Below are positions 1 through 9,674 of a stretch of DNA of 64,000 bases, piece after piece; positions within the stretch are counted from its first letter, which is position 1, and each line of letters starts with the position of its first letter. The DNA lies in NCBI GenBank assembly GCA_963742335.1, contig CAVULL010000013.1, forward strand, positions 15,297-79,296, read 5' to 3'. Made by a program: the position numbers and the translations under genes. Below the pieces are notes generated by a model. It saw nothing but the letters and a program-made list of their open reading frames with translations. It did not search any database and was not told the DNA's origin. The DNA comes from an uncultured Verrucomicrobiae bacterium. GTDB taxonomy: Bacteria; Verrucomicrobiota; Verrucomicrobiia; Chthoniobacterales; JAFAMB01.

Positions 1-309
1 GATGCAGAGGATCGACGGACTGGCTTTTTTTTTGCCTGGGGAGACGAAAGAGCGCATTGCAAAATCCAGGGTTTTTCCATCAACGCCCTGAAAGCCCAGG
101 TGGATCTCGATCGGGCTTGGATCGGCAATCGCCCTTTCCAAGCGAATTCTGTCAGCGGCAATAACCCGTGTCAGCACTCCTTCGACGAACCAGAGTCTCT
201 CCTCGAGGTCCCCCCCAGTGCTCACCAGCGACGAAAATAGCTCGTTATATTCGACTACTTCCGCGCTGACCGGTTTGATGCGGACAGCAGGAAAGCCGAC
301 TTTCTGCAT
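1..309 (-). CDS. hypothetical protein, cut by window edge
   Basis: Frame is open from ATG at 309 (MQKVGFPAVRIKPV...) to position 1. It starts 30 nt after the response-regulator stop. No recognisable motif. Confidence 0.3.
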   Translation of the reverse strand, partial: MQKVGFPAVRIKPVSAEVVEYNELFSSLVSTGGDLEERLWFVEGVLTRVIAADRIRLERAIADPSPIEIHLGFQGVDGKTLDFAMRSFVSPGKKKASPSILCI

Positions 310-338
310 CAGCGCGCAAAACTCCTCTTGGCTCTTTG

Positions 339-716
339 TCACGGCTGTTGGCCTTTCCGCTTCTCAACCTCCCGCAGGAGCCTCAGCAGCACCTCCGGTG
401 TAAAAGGCTTGACCAGATGGTGATCGTACCCGGCTGCCTGGCTCCTCAATTGATCGGTTCCCGTGCCATAGCCGCTCATTGCGATGGCCACCGGCGGTCG
501 ATTGCCCCCCAATTTTTCCAAAAGCACCCATCCATCACCGTCTGGGAGACCAATGTCACTTATCAAAACGTCGCAGCCCGACTTTGGAACCTCCCGCAGG
601 GCTGTTTCCATGTCCGCCGCGACCCTGACTTTGTAATGCAATTGTTCCAGATATAGCTGCATATACCTCACCGTATCCGGATGATTTTCGACCAAAAAGA
701 CACTTAGCGAAGCCAT
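339..716 (-). CDS. response regulator receiver domain protein (CheY-like, single domain)
   Basis: Carries VLISDIGLPDGDG (phospho-acceptor Asp region) and the conserved LVKPF near the C-terminus. 125 aa. Confidence 0.85.
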   Translation of the reverse strand: MASLSVFLVENHPDTVRYMQLYLEQLHYKVRVAADMETALREVPKSGCDVLISDIGLPDGDGWVLLEKLGGNRPPVAIAMSGYGTGTDQLRSQAAGYDHHLVKPFTPEVLLRLLREVEKRKGQQP

Positions 717-1276
717 GGGGGACTATTTTTCGTGCCCATCTCGCGGACCCTCGCTTTTTTACCGATTTTTTCAGGCGCCTTCATCGTACTGTTACGTCCC
801 TCAGGATGCCGTGGTGGCAAGGAAGAATTCAAAACCCCCCTTTGCCTCGGGACATGACCGAAGAATATTGCACTGTTCAATGCCACCACAACATCAAGGT
901 CATGGCAGCGTTTTGGGGCGCAGATGGCGGAAACGCGTTTAGTCCGGCCAATGATCACGCAGCGGTTAGACGCAGGGACTGGAATGTTCATTCCCAAAAT
1001 CTGCTTTCGGACCACGAATTTTCGACGGCTTCTGCAGCTTTCAATGCGGCCGCCTAAGGTGTCGCGGCGTATTGGCCCGGTTCCGGGCGCGCCCTCGTCT
1101 TGGCGCCCGCTCAATTCAGACTCTGTTCTCAGTGAAGCGTAGGGGAGAAATTGGTAAATTATCCGGATCACCCTGACCCCGAAAAATTATGACGTCTGGA
1201 ACCTCAGGCTTTCGCTGAGCCTTCTATCGTGGTCACCACCGATTTTCATTTGCCGCGAACCTTCTAGGCTTTCCCT

Positions 1277-1873
1277 GTGATAATTCAACAAGATATTAAT
1301 CAATCGGCGAAGGCTTCGGATGATCAATTGATGAAGGCAGTCGTCAACCGCGAAGAGGACGCCCTCGAAAGCATTTATAAGCGATACGAATCGCTCCTGC
1401 GAACAGTTATTCTAGGAGTTATTCGGGACGAATCAGAGGTGGATGACGTGCTGCATGACGTCTTGTTGCAGGTTTGGGAACAGGGACACCGTTACAATCC
1501 AAATGAGAAGGGATTGCGCGGCCTGCTGGTTACCTTGGCGCGACGGCGTGCCTTTGATCGACTGCGCCGAAGAGCAGCTTATCGACGTGCGACAGAAAGC
1601 CTGAAGACGGATACGGACAACCCTTTGACTTTCGAGACCGCGTCCATGACAAGCGAAGTCGAAGTCCATGATTTATCAAAGCTTCTCAACAAAGTGATCC
1701 AGGATTTGCCCGATGCTCAAAAAGAGGTTATTGATTTAGCCTTCTTCAAGGGAATGAGCCAGCGCGAGATTGCCGCAAAAAGGCAAATCTCTTTGGGTAC
1801 GGTGAAAACACGCCTCCACTTGGCCCAGAGAAAGTTGTATAACTTTCTGATGCCAATCCAGCACAAGATTTAG
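1277..1873 (+). CDS. ECF-type RNA polymerase sigma-70 family factor
   Basis: Region 2 (DDVLHDVLLQVWEQGHRY) and region 4 HTH (MSQREIAAKRQISLGTVKTRLHLAQRKL). Start is GTG or alternative. Confidence 0.85.
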   Translation: MIIQQDINQSAKASDDQLMKAVVNREEDALESIYKRYESLLRTVILGVIRDESEVDDVLHDVLLQVWEQGHRYNPNEKGLRGLLVTLARRRAFDRLRRRAAYRRATESLKTDTDNPLTFETASMTSEVEVHDLSKLLNKVIQDLPDAQKEVIDLAFFKGMSQREIAAKRQISLGTVKTRLHLAQRKLYNFLMPIQHKI

Positions 1874-1941
1874 TGTGCCGCCCACTTAAACAACTGATTC
1901 GGTCGATCGGGAGATCTTTTTATTGTCGGAGTCAAATTCAC

Positions 1942-2709
1942 TTAAACGTCTGGCGGAGGAGCATAGCGAGCTAACGCTGATGAACCAACCAGCTCCATCA
2001 ACCGCAGCGCATTGAGCGGTGCACGAGTATTCATATCATTGTTGAAGTAGACGACTCCCATAATGCCATCTTTGTGACAGCATTGCAGAAAGTCCGCCCA
2101 AGGAGCCAACTCTTGATCGGTGTAATCGTGGGCGGCGCCCCCCTCCAAGCCGTGAAAGCGGACGTAGACGAAATCTGCCGTCAGTTCAAGACACCTCGGC
2201 ATGACTTGCGAACTGAGTGCCACGTTGGCCACACGGTGCCGGCGCAAAACGGCGAACACTTCTTTATCCATCCAGGTAGGGTCGCGAAATTCGATGGCGT
2301 GCCGAGTCTGGCGATCAAGGGTTCGTAAAAAACTTCGCAGACGAGGAAGATCTTTTTTTAGCGTGGGCGGAAGCTGCCACAGGATGGGTCCCCGATGCTT
2401 CCCCAGCGCCTCTGAACGGTTGATCAGCAGGGCCAATGATTTTGCGCCAGGGCGGAGGCGCTTGAAATGTGTTACCGCTCGGCTCCCCTTAACACTGTAT
2501 AAAAATCCTGGAGGCGCTTTTTCATTCCAGCCGCCGAAAGCCTTTTGGCTTGGGAGGCGATAAAACGTGTTATTAATCTCTACGGTAGGAAATCTTTTGG
2601 TGTAGAATCTCAGCTGTTGGTTAGCCGGCAGATCTGGCGGATAAAATGTTTCCGCCCAACTTTTGTAAGACCAGCCACTCGTCCCGATGTAAATGCCAGT
2701 GGCTTTCAC
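1942..2709 (-). CDS. DUF72 (YecE/UPF0759) family protein
   Basis: N-terminus IYIGTSGWSYKSWAETFYP and FPTVEINNTFYRLP are typical of DUF72. Confidence 0.85.
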   Translation of the reverse strand: MKATGIYIGTSGWSYKSWAETFYPPDLPANQQLRFYTKRFPTVEINNTFYRLPSQKAFGGWNEKAPPGFLYSVKGSRAVTHFKRLRPGAKSLALLINRSEALGKHRGPILWQLPPTLKKDLPRLRSFLRTLDRQTRHAIEFRDPTWMDKEVFAVLRRHRVANVALSSQVMPRCLELTADFVYVRFHGLEGGAAHDYTDQELAPWADFLQCCHKDGIMGVVYFNNDMNTRAPLNALRLMELVGSSALARYAPPPDV

Positions 2710-2973
2710 GGGGCCGCTGTGGATCAGATTGCGCTAAATCCTGCCCATCAGGACCAGGACGAGGATGATGATAAAAACTAGACCTAAGCCACCCGTTGGG
2801 TAATAGCCCCATCCTGAACTGTACGGCCAGGTTGGGAGTGCGCCGACTAACAATAAGATTAGCACTATTAAAAGGATTGTTCCCATAAGTCATCTTCTCC
2901 AGATTGCAATTTACTTCACATTCGCGCGATCAGGTGACCTCGGTCGTATCGACCCTTATCCTGTCTCGAAAAA

Positions 2974-3032
2974 GTAAGCGAACCGTCCCGGTTTGCCCTA
3001 CTCGGAGAGGCAAAGCGGGACCCATCGCTAAC
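2974..3032. repeat. REP-like imperfect palindrome (family gtaRgcgaaScgtcYcgSttt / caaaScgRgacSSttcgc)
   Basis: gtaagcgaaccgtcccggtttgcc-ctactcggagag-gcaaagcgggacccatcgctaac. Related copies lie at 5219, 19037, 19166, 27291 and 32571. Confidence 0.6.
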
Positions 3033-3215
3033 CCCGCCAGATCGCAATGCCGACAACCAGCAGCCAGCCAAGGCCAATAACGATAGGGGAAATCGCTCAA
3101 GTCATCGAAGGACTGAAGAGCTTAGCCCAGGGCTTCAACCAGGTTTTGAGTGGATCCGTTTATCGGCTCAGACGCGAAATGGTTCTAATTGTTCCATGCG
3201 AAAGGACCAAAAGTT

Positions 3216-3695
3216 ATGAAAAAATCTATCCTACCAATTGTGATCGCTGCGGGAGCTTTGCTCCAGACCGTAGCACGAGCAGATGAAATTCAATTTACGA
3301 CTTTGCCTCAACCGGTTCAGACGACCGTGGTCCGGGAGACGCACATTCCAGGGCCGGGAGGTGTCGTCCGGGTTATTCATGAGTCGAATGGAATATACGC
3401 TGTAACAGTCCGGGGCGATGCCGGTCAACAGGTTGTCTATGTAAATGAGGCCGGGGCTATTGTCCAAGCACCCGCCACTACGACAACAACAACGGTGCGG
3501 GAGACCGAACAAACCACGCAACCGACTACGGTCGAAACGACTCAGCCGGCACAACAGACCGAAACGGTGGTGACTTCTGACGAGATTCAAAAAAGCCAGT
3601 CCCGATACGAACTGATTGAAAAGAAGGGCAAAAAGGAAGTTTACCTGGACCATCAGACGGGACAAAAGGTCACGGTGAAACGAGAAAAGGATTAG
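3216..3695 (+). CDS. secreted hypothetical protein with Thr/Gln-rich linker
   Basis: Signal-peptide-like MKKSILPIVIAAGALLQTVARA, then a TTTTTTVRETEQTTQPTT low-complexity stretch. Confidence 0.6.
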   Translation: MKKSILPIVIAAGALLQTVARADEIQFTTLPQPVQTTVVRETHIPGPGGVVRVIHESNGIYAVTVRGDAGQQVVYVNEAGAIVQAPATTTTTTVRETEQTTQPTTVETTQPAQQTETVVTSDEIQKSQSRYELIEKKGKKEVYLDHQTGQKVTVKREKD

Positions 3696-3743
3696 TTAGT
3701 GGCTAAGCGGGTAAATTGAGCGGGCCACCGATCGTGAGACGAG

Positions 3744-4163
3744 TCAGCCTGGGCAGGTTAGCAGTCCTTCATCCTTCTCTTCTGCCTCGCTCGCGGCGGT
3801 CCACTCTTTTATCTGCTCCGCGGTCATTGCCCCGGGTCCTTGTTTTCGGCCATCCAGAAAATTATCCCAATCAAGATCGGAGTTGAATTGATTCCGTGAG
3901 AGAAACGGACCGTTGCAGACGTTTAAACGCGGCGCCTCGGCGCGCTGTTCCGAAATCATCCGGCTCAATAGCTTCTCGATCACCTCTCCGGGAATCAAAT
4001 CCCGTTTTGAAGGGTAAATGAAACCAAAAAGCACCAGATGGCTAAAGAGAACCCGCCAATCGCTGCCAAATCTTCTCAAAAGATGCTCCCAATCAATTTG
4101 TTCTCCACAACGTAAAAGAAGATGTGCAATGTCAGCTCCATCGAAAAGACTTCGGCGGGGCAT
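3744..4163 (-). CDS. hypothetical protein, possibly the C-terminal part of a nucleotidyltransferase-family protein
   Basis: 139 aa ORF (DGADIAHLLLRCGEQIDWEHLLRRFGSDWRVLFSHLVLFGFIYP). By memory it resembles only the C-terminal half of longer NTase-family proteins. Its 5' end overlaps the divergent neighbour by 42 nt. Confidence 0.4.
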   Translation of the reverse strand: MPRRSLFDGADIAHLLLRCGEQIDWEHLLRRFGSDWRVLFSHLVLFGFIYPSKRDLIPGEVIEKLLSRMISEQRAEAPRLNVCNGPFLSRNQFNSDLDWDNFLDGRKQGPGAMTAEQIKEWTAASEAEEKDEGLLTCPG

Positions 4164-4817
4164 CTCAAAGACACCTTTGTACGAGCTTCCGAAACGGCAG
4201 ATGTCTTAGTCGTTTGTGGCGATATGACCGATTATGGTTTACCGGAGGAGGCTGCAATCCTTGCCCAGGATTTCAAGGCCTACGTCCGGATCCCCTGTGT
4301 TGCAGTAGTGGGTAATCATGATTTCGAATCGGGCCAGATCCAGGAGGTGCAGAACATTTTAACGGCAGCTGGAATGCACATTCTTGATGGAGAATCGACC
4401 GAAATTCTAGGAACAGGTTTTGCGGGCGTTTGCGGGTTCGGAGGCGGGTTTGACCGGCAGATGCTACACCCCTGGGGCGAACCAATGGTCAAGGCATTTG
4501 TCCAGGAGAGTCTCGATCACTCGCTCCGGCTGGAGAAAGCCCTGAATCGTCTGACCATGGAAAAACGTGTGGTACTTCTCCACTACTCGCCGATCCGAGA
4601 GACTGTCCAAGGCGAACATCCGGAAGTTTTTCCGTTTCTGGGTTCAAGCCGGCTGGAAAATCCGATCAATCAATTCAAGGTATCAGTCGTCTTTCATGGC
4701 CATGCTCACAATGGGAAACCCCGGGGAAAGACGTCCGCTCATGTCCCGGTATTCAATGTGGCCCTCCCCGTCATCTCGCGACACAATGAAATACCTTTGT
4801 TTGTTTACGAACTCTAA
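4122..4817 (+). CDS. metallophosphoesterase (calcineurin-like)
   Basis: Has the GDMTDYG, GNHDFE and VVFHGHAH motifs. The first D-x-H motif is absent because an in-frame TAA lies 6 nt upstream of the ATG. Confidence 0.75.
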   Translation: MCNVSSIEKTSAGHLKDTFVRASETADVLVVCGDMTDYGLPEEAAILAQDFKAYVRIPCVAVVGNHDFESGQIQEVQNILTAAGMHILDGESTEILGTGFAGVCGFGGGFDRQMLHPWGEPMVKAFVQESLDHSLRLEKALNRLTMEKRVVLLHYSPIRETVQGEHPEVFPFLGSSRLENPINQFKVSVVFHGHAHNGKPRGKTSAHVPVFNVALPVISRHNEIPLFVYEL

Positions 4818-5269
4818 AACTGCTATTTGATTGTTAGAGGACTCAATCAGGCTTTTTCCAGTTTATCCGGCAAAGAAATATCAAGCCATGCGCCCGCGGT
4901 GTAGCCGGGATTTTGCCCGTAGTAGAGATGCCACAATCGATCAACGCGCGTCGCGCCCTCGATAATCGCCCGGTAAGGCTGCGCGCCAGATTTCTTCTGA
5001 GGCAACTTCAGAATCAGCGTGAGGCTGCACTACCACGGTGTAGCCACCTTCTTTCTGTTGAATCACGTCAATGATATGGATATGTAAGGTGCGCGCCTCT
5101 CTGGTCGGATCGCTACTGGTGTTCATGGTTAGCAGTTCGCTGCTTGAACGGATGCCGGTTGTCTTGGCCTGAAAAAGCGGTCAGGGGAAGCACTGGCTTT
5201 GCCTCTGGCAGACCTTGGTCAACCGAGACGGTTCGCCTGAGTCAATTCATGGCCATTGATAGAGCTTAG

Positions 5270-6109
5270 CTAAGCGGCCTTTTTTCGGCGAGAGGTTCGC
5301 GTCGTCTTTTTTGATAAATCTTCTGACTTCGGTTTAGCCTGTGATTGGTGAATACTCTGCTGAAGGACAGAAACCAAGTCGACAACATTTGTCGGCTTCT
5401 TCTTCTTGGTTTCTACAGGTGGCTGTTCGCTTCCATGCTCTACCTTTTCCTCAATCATCTGCTCAAGCGCCTTGTGATACTCATCCGTGTATTGCTCAGG
5501 TTTCCATTCTGAAGTCATACTTTGAATCAGCTGCTTGGCCATTTGCATCTCCGCCTTTCCCACAGGTTTTTCCGCCGGTTCCTTAAATTCAGAAGCGTCC
5601 AGAAGCTCCTCCGGAAAGTGCATTAGTTCGAGCATCAGGCCTTTCTTTTGCGGTTTGACCGCGGCGAGGTGCTGGCGAGTCCGAATCACTACCGTAGCGA
5701 TTGCGATCTTACCGGACTCGATGAGGGCATTTCGAAGAAGCACATACGCTTTATCTCCACCTTTCCCGACTTCAAGGTAATAGGGTTTATAAAAGAGAAG
5801 GGGATCGACTTTTTCCAATGAGACGAAATTCATAATATTGACGGTTTGAGTAGCCTCCACATCAACGCGGGCAAAGTCTTCCGCCTTGATGATGACAAAC
5901 TTCCCCTTCTCATACTCATACCCTTTTGCGATCTGATCCCAAGGTACCTCTTTGCCGTCGGCTTCCGCCACGCGCCGGTAATTGACCGGGCTCTGATCGG
6001 ACTTCCGGAGAAGTCGGAACTTCAATTCCTCTCGTGCGGTGGCCGGATACAGCGAGACGGGGATAGTCACTAAGCCAAAACTGATGGCGCCTTTCCAGAG
6101 TGCTCTCAT
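5270..6109 (-). CDS. ku: Ku DNA end-binding protein (NHEJ)
   Basis: MRALWKGAISFGLVTIPVSLYPA...PVNYRRV...VPWDQIAKGYEYEKGKFV is the canonical bacterial Ku N-terminus. Basic C-terminal tail. Confidence 0.9.
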   Translation of the reverse strand: MRALWKGAISFGLVTIPVSLYPATAREELKFRLLRKSDQSPVNYRRVAEADGKEVPWDQIAKGYEYEKGKFVIIKAEDFARVDVEATQTVNIMNFVSLEKVDPLLFYKPYYLEVGKGGDKAYVLLRNALIESGKIAIATVVIRTRQHLAAVKPQKKGLMLELMHFPEELLDASEFKEPAEKPVGKAEMQMAKQLIQSMTSEWKPEQYTDEYHKALEQMIEEKVEHGSEQPPVETKKKKPTNVVDLVSVLQQSIHQSQAKPKSEDLSKKTTRTSRRKKAA

Positions 6110-6157
6110 AAATTGTTGAATATATCATCTTTGGGCGCCTGAACGTTTGCCAAGCTG

Positions 6158-6730
6158 TTAACTATCGACGATCCGCTTCAGCACATTGAACGCTGCTACC
6201 TGTTTGCCTTCCTCCAGAGCCTTCATCGCGTGGCGCACCTGGTCTTTAATTTCTTCGATCTCAGCTTGGACCCCATTTTCACCTTCAAGACCGGGATCTG
6301 GAAACTTCACCACCCTGGGCGCCGGAAGCTCTCTGAGTTCCTTTGCCGGTGCCGCCGGAAGATCGAAATTCTTCCGTGTGCGCCCTGCCGGACGCCTGGC
6401 CAGCCGGACCTGAGGCGCTTGTTGGTTTTTTGGAATGGTGGGCCATTCTAGCAGGTCGTATTTTACGCCGATCACCCGTTTGTCTGAGAATTGTTTTAGT
6501 GATTTGGGAAATATCAGAATCTGGCCCGAGGCAATCTTTTGAAATCCGACGGCCCCATAGTCGGTTTTTGCATCGGCGGGCCTTTGCACAATGGTCATGA
6601 CTCGGTTTGTCCTGATGGCCTTCTGCAAAATTGCATCTTTGGCTGGATCTACCCACAAGAGGTGAACGCTTGGCTTGCCAGTCGCTTCAACTACCTTAGA
6701 GAACCGGACTGTACCTGAGCTTCCTGTCAT
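6158..6730 (-). CDS. hypothetical protein directly upstream of ku
   Basis: ORF trimmed to the internal ATG (MTGSSGTVRF...) to avoid overlap with the upstream gene. No motif recognised. Confidence 0.5.
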   Translation of the reverse strand: MTGSSGTVRFSKVVEATGKPSVHLLWVDPAKDAILQKAIRTNRVMTIVQRPADAKTDYGAVGFQKIASGQILIFPKSLKQFSDKRVIGVKYDLLEWPTIPKNQQAPQVRLARRPAGRTRKNFDLPAAPAKELRELPAPRVVKFPDPGLEGENGVQAEIEEIKDQVRHAMKALEEGKQVAAFNVLKRIVDS

Positions 6731-6797
6731 CGCATGCGGCAACTGGGGAGGGGAGAACCTTTTCGCGACCACAGTTACGAGGAGACGGACCGAACCT

Positions 6798-7646
6798 CTA
6801 GGCCGCTTTTTCCGAAACAGGGTCTTCAACCGTAGCTTGGTCGATTTCATCGGTAAAGACCTGGAAGCGCAAAAGCGATTGTTTTCCGAACGACATGGTA
6901 ATCGGTACGTCAGCCGCGTCGCACCCCGATCCCATCAGAACCCTCCCGATTCTCCTGCGGTTATGACGGGCATCAAAGGTATACCACCTTCCCTGCAAAT
7001 AGACTTGGAACCAGGCACTGAAGTCCATCGGATCGGGAACTGGAGGTACCCCAATGTCTCCCAAATAACCGGTGGCGTACCTGGCAGGAATGTTCAAGCA
7101 CCGGCAGAGGGTAACTGCCAGGTGCGCGAAGTCCCGGCAAACCCCAACCCGTTCTCGAAAGGCCTGGAATGCCGTGCGATCGGAACGCGCTTGCTGGTAA
7201 TCGAATCGCAGGTGTCCATGGACAAAGTCGCAAATAGCCTGAACTCGTCGCCATCCGGGATTTATCTGACCAAAATTCCGCCAGGCAAAATCCATCAGTT
7301 CACTGTCAACCTCGCAGTATCGACTGGGCAGCAGAAAAGTTAGTATCGACGCGGGGATTTCAGAAACATCCAATTGCATTGCATTGGGTGCGTATACGTC
7401 GGGGTCACCGCTGTCGCGAACAACTGCCTCGCTGAAAAAGCGGACGCGGCCAGCCGGGACGCAAACGCGCCCGCGTCGGTTGCCGAATCTATCGTCGTAT
7501 TCTTGAATGGGAAGATCCGGGTCCGTCGCAAGCCGTTCCGGTTCAACGAGGTCGGGAACTCTCGAGGGATGAACGTTAAGCAAATGGATCACCGCCGTGG
7601 GAAATGGAAATTCGAGCGTAATGTCGAAACCGATCTTAATAAGCAT
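6798..7646 (-). CDS. transglutaminase-like family protein
   Basis: GVCRDFAHLAVTLCRCLNIPARYATGYL is the catalytic Cys region of the transglutaminase core. Bacterial N-terminal domain is present. Confidence 0.85.
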   Translation of the reverse strand: MLIKIGFDITLEFPFPTAVIHLLNVHPSRVPDLVEPERLATDPDLPIQEYDDRFGNRRGRVCVPAGRVRFFSEAVVRDSGDPDVYAPNAMQLDVSEIPASILTFLLPSRYCEVDSELMDFAWRNFGQINPGWRRVQAICDFVHGHLRFDYQQARSDRTAFQAFRERVGVCRDFAHLAVTLCRCLNIPARYATGYLGDIGVPPVPDPMDFSAWFQVYLQGRWYTFDARHNRRRIGRVLMGSGCDAADVPITMSFGKQSLLRFQVFTDEIDQATVEDPVSEKAA

Positions 7647-8154
7647 TTCTGTCTTTCAGGTAATTGTCCGCTTAATTACTCGGATTCTCGAGAGATCAAG
7701 ATGCTAGGATCTGCGCAAACGAGTCGATGTAAGCCTGACTGAATTTTTCGAAGTTCGAATCGAAGAAGGCAGCTGGACGTACTCTCCCGTCTCTTTCGCT
7801 CTGCCTTGATCCGGCTGGCTCACTCGGCCGCTCCTTTACAAAGGTAATCTATTTTCTGGCGAGTCTTTTCCTGGAAGTTTGTCTTTTAATTTTCAACTTG
7901 ATTCGTATTGATCACGGCCGATCTGAGCAGGCCAAGAGCATGAAGGATCTTCTGCTGCACTTTGCTCGCCGCCGCCCATGGCGGGAAAAATCCTGCAGAA
8001 TTGAGTCGCGCTGCCGCTAAAAAACTGGCATAAGGCTTGCTCTACTTTTCGCGTGGAAGATAAAGGGCGTTTGACACTGTCGGAACGCGTGTATTCTACG
8101 AGGAGAAAAAGAATCAATTCGGAGGTTCAGCTAGAACAAATTGCTTGAGGGACC

Positions 8155-8988
8155 TTGGCCATGCTAGATCTTATAGAGTTGCCCCAGCCCTTTGCGACTG
8201 CGGATTACGCACCGAAGAATATTCTGTCGAGCGAGATTTCCCGAGCCAAACCTTCGTTGAGAGCGCTCGGAATTGGGTTCTCCGTTTCTCACGCTCAAAA
8301 ACGGATAAGGGCCGGCAAACCTAAAAAGCCCCCCTATTTCGCTTGTTGCTACAACGTCGGTAATTTAGGCAACGTCAACATTGTCGCATTTTATCATCCG
8401 CTCATTGCCGATTGGGACCTCATGGAAAGAGACGCGGATGCTTACCGGATGCGCATACGCTCAGCCATCCGAGAGGAGATGATCCATTCGATTCAGGTCA
8501 TCACGGTCAAAAGCAGGTACGACGCATCGCTTGATCTGAGCAACCAGTTCAAGACGGCCGAAAAATACTACGAGCATCTTTTAGGCAAAATCATCGAGGA
8601 GCTGACCACCACGAGAGAGGGTCAGGAGGTTGTCTGTACCGCGGCACAGCTTTACTATGAGGATTGGAGCATCACTTCGATGCAAAAGTTGCGAGAGACC
8701 GATAAGAGACTTCACGGTCGCGACGGGTATCTCGTGAGCGAGCTTATTCGACAACTTGTACAGATCAGATTTGGGGAGTTAACCAGCGAAGAGGCCAAAG
8801 GGAAGGCTTGGGACCGAAAGCGGCTTTTTAACACCTCGAAGTTTGGCACGACGGAAAATCTTTTGCGATTCATGGCCGGCACGTTGAGGCAGGCGCTGCC
8901 GAAACTGATCAGTCTAAGCCCAACTTTGGCCGAAGCTCTGGCAGAGATTGAACGGACGATTCAGAAGATTCAGCAGATTCAAGCCTAG
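8155..8988 (+). CDS. hypothetical protein
   Basis: 277 aa ORF with balanced composition. No motif recognised. The ATG at 8161 is an alternative start. Confidence 0.5.
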   Translation: MAMLDLIELPQPFATADYAPKNILSSEISRAKPSLRALGIGFSVSHAQKRIRAGKPKKPPYFACCYNVGNLGNVNIVAFYHPLIADWDLMERDADAYRMRIRSAIREEMIHSIQVITVKSRYDASLDLSNQFKTAEKYYEHLLGKIIEELTTTREGQEVVCTAAQLYYEDWSITSMQKLRETDKRLHGRDGYLVSELIRQLVQIRFGELTSEEAKGKAWDRKRLFNTSKFGTTENLLRFMAGTLRQALPKLISLSPTLAEALAEIERTIQKIQQIQA

Positions 8989-9014
8989 CCGGGCAATCTA
9001 TCGGGGACAGGTCA

Positions 9015-9129
9015 GAATGGCGCGAAGATAAGGAAAGTTCAGGGCAAGCGGCTCCTCCGAAAGTAGGCGAATCGTTTCGATTTGCTCTGTCCCCCTCGGG
9101 AACCTTCGACGCTTATCTTCGTGCCATTC
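9015..9129. mobile_element. 115 bp MITE-like element, full-length copy
   Basis: Terminal inverted repeats gaatggcgcgaagataag / cttatcttcgtgccattc. Partial copies lie at 48740-48800, 50897-50980 and 59615-59707 (inverted). Confidence 0.6.
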
Positions 9130-9317
9130 GGGACAGGACACTAGGATAGGATCGGCTGCCGTTATTACCAGACTGACCAACCGCCTCGGGCGACTTTAGT
9201 TGCCCGAGTCCGGGGCCGAGCCTTTCGCCAAGAGTTCGCAGCCTGGCACTCTTTCGTCATTCATTCTGGATGCGATTGGCAAAAACGGGGGACGTCTGAA
9301 AAATCGGGAATACAAAA

Positions 9318-9674
9318 CTACTTCAAGAAGTCCCAGAGCCAACGGTCCATGCGATTCTCGGACTCGGCACCCATCTGGTGGATCTGAAATAGATGAGGGG
9401 CGCTATCTTTCAGAAATCTTGCCGCACTAATGAACTGGAATGCCTGCCTTTCGAGCAGGGCCGAAATCCTGGGATCCTCTAAGGCAAATTTGAGGGCGGC
9501 CCCCAAACTGGGGGAATACGCAATTTCTGAAACCATTCGAGACCACCGCATGTGCGGCCGGAGTTCGCACGCGGGTAGATCGATGGATTTCATTCGAGCA
9601 ACATGTTCGTAATATTTTGAGAACCGATCCCAATGATCTGTGCGATCTAAACGAAGATAAATTCCATGAAACAT
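9318..9674 (-). CDS. hypothetical protein
   Basis: ORF trimmed to the internal ATG (MFHGIYLRLD...). No motif. Confidence 0.3.
   Translation of the reverse strand: MFHGIYLRLDRTDHWDRFSKYYEHVARMKSIDLPACELRPHMRWSRMVSEIAYSPSLGAALKFALEDPRISALLERQAFQFISAARFLKDSAPHLFQIHQMGAESENRMDRWLWDFLK

Noticed and set aside
704-1171. Several overlapping ORFs in the 560 bp gap between the response regulator and the ECF sigma gene. I also expected an anti-sigma gene near the sigma factor.
   Set aside because: None has a recognisable motif or plausible composition. The gene after the sigma factor is a convergent DUF72, so no anti-sigma factor can be supported.
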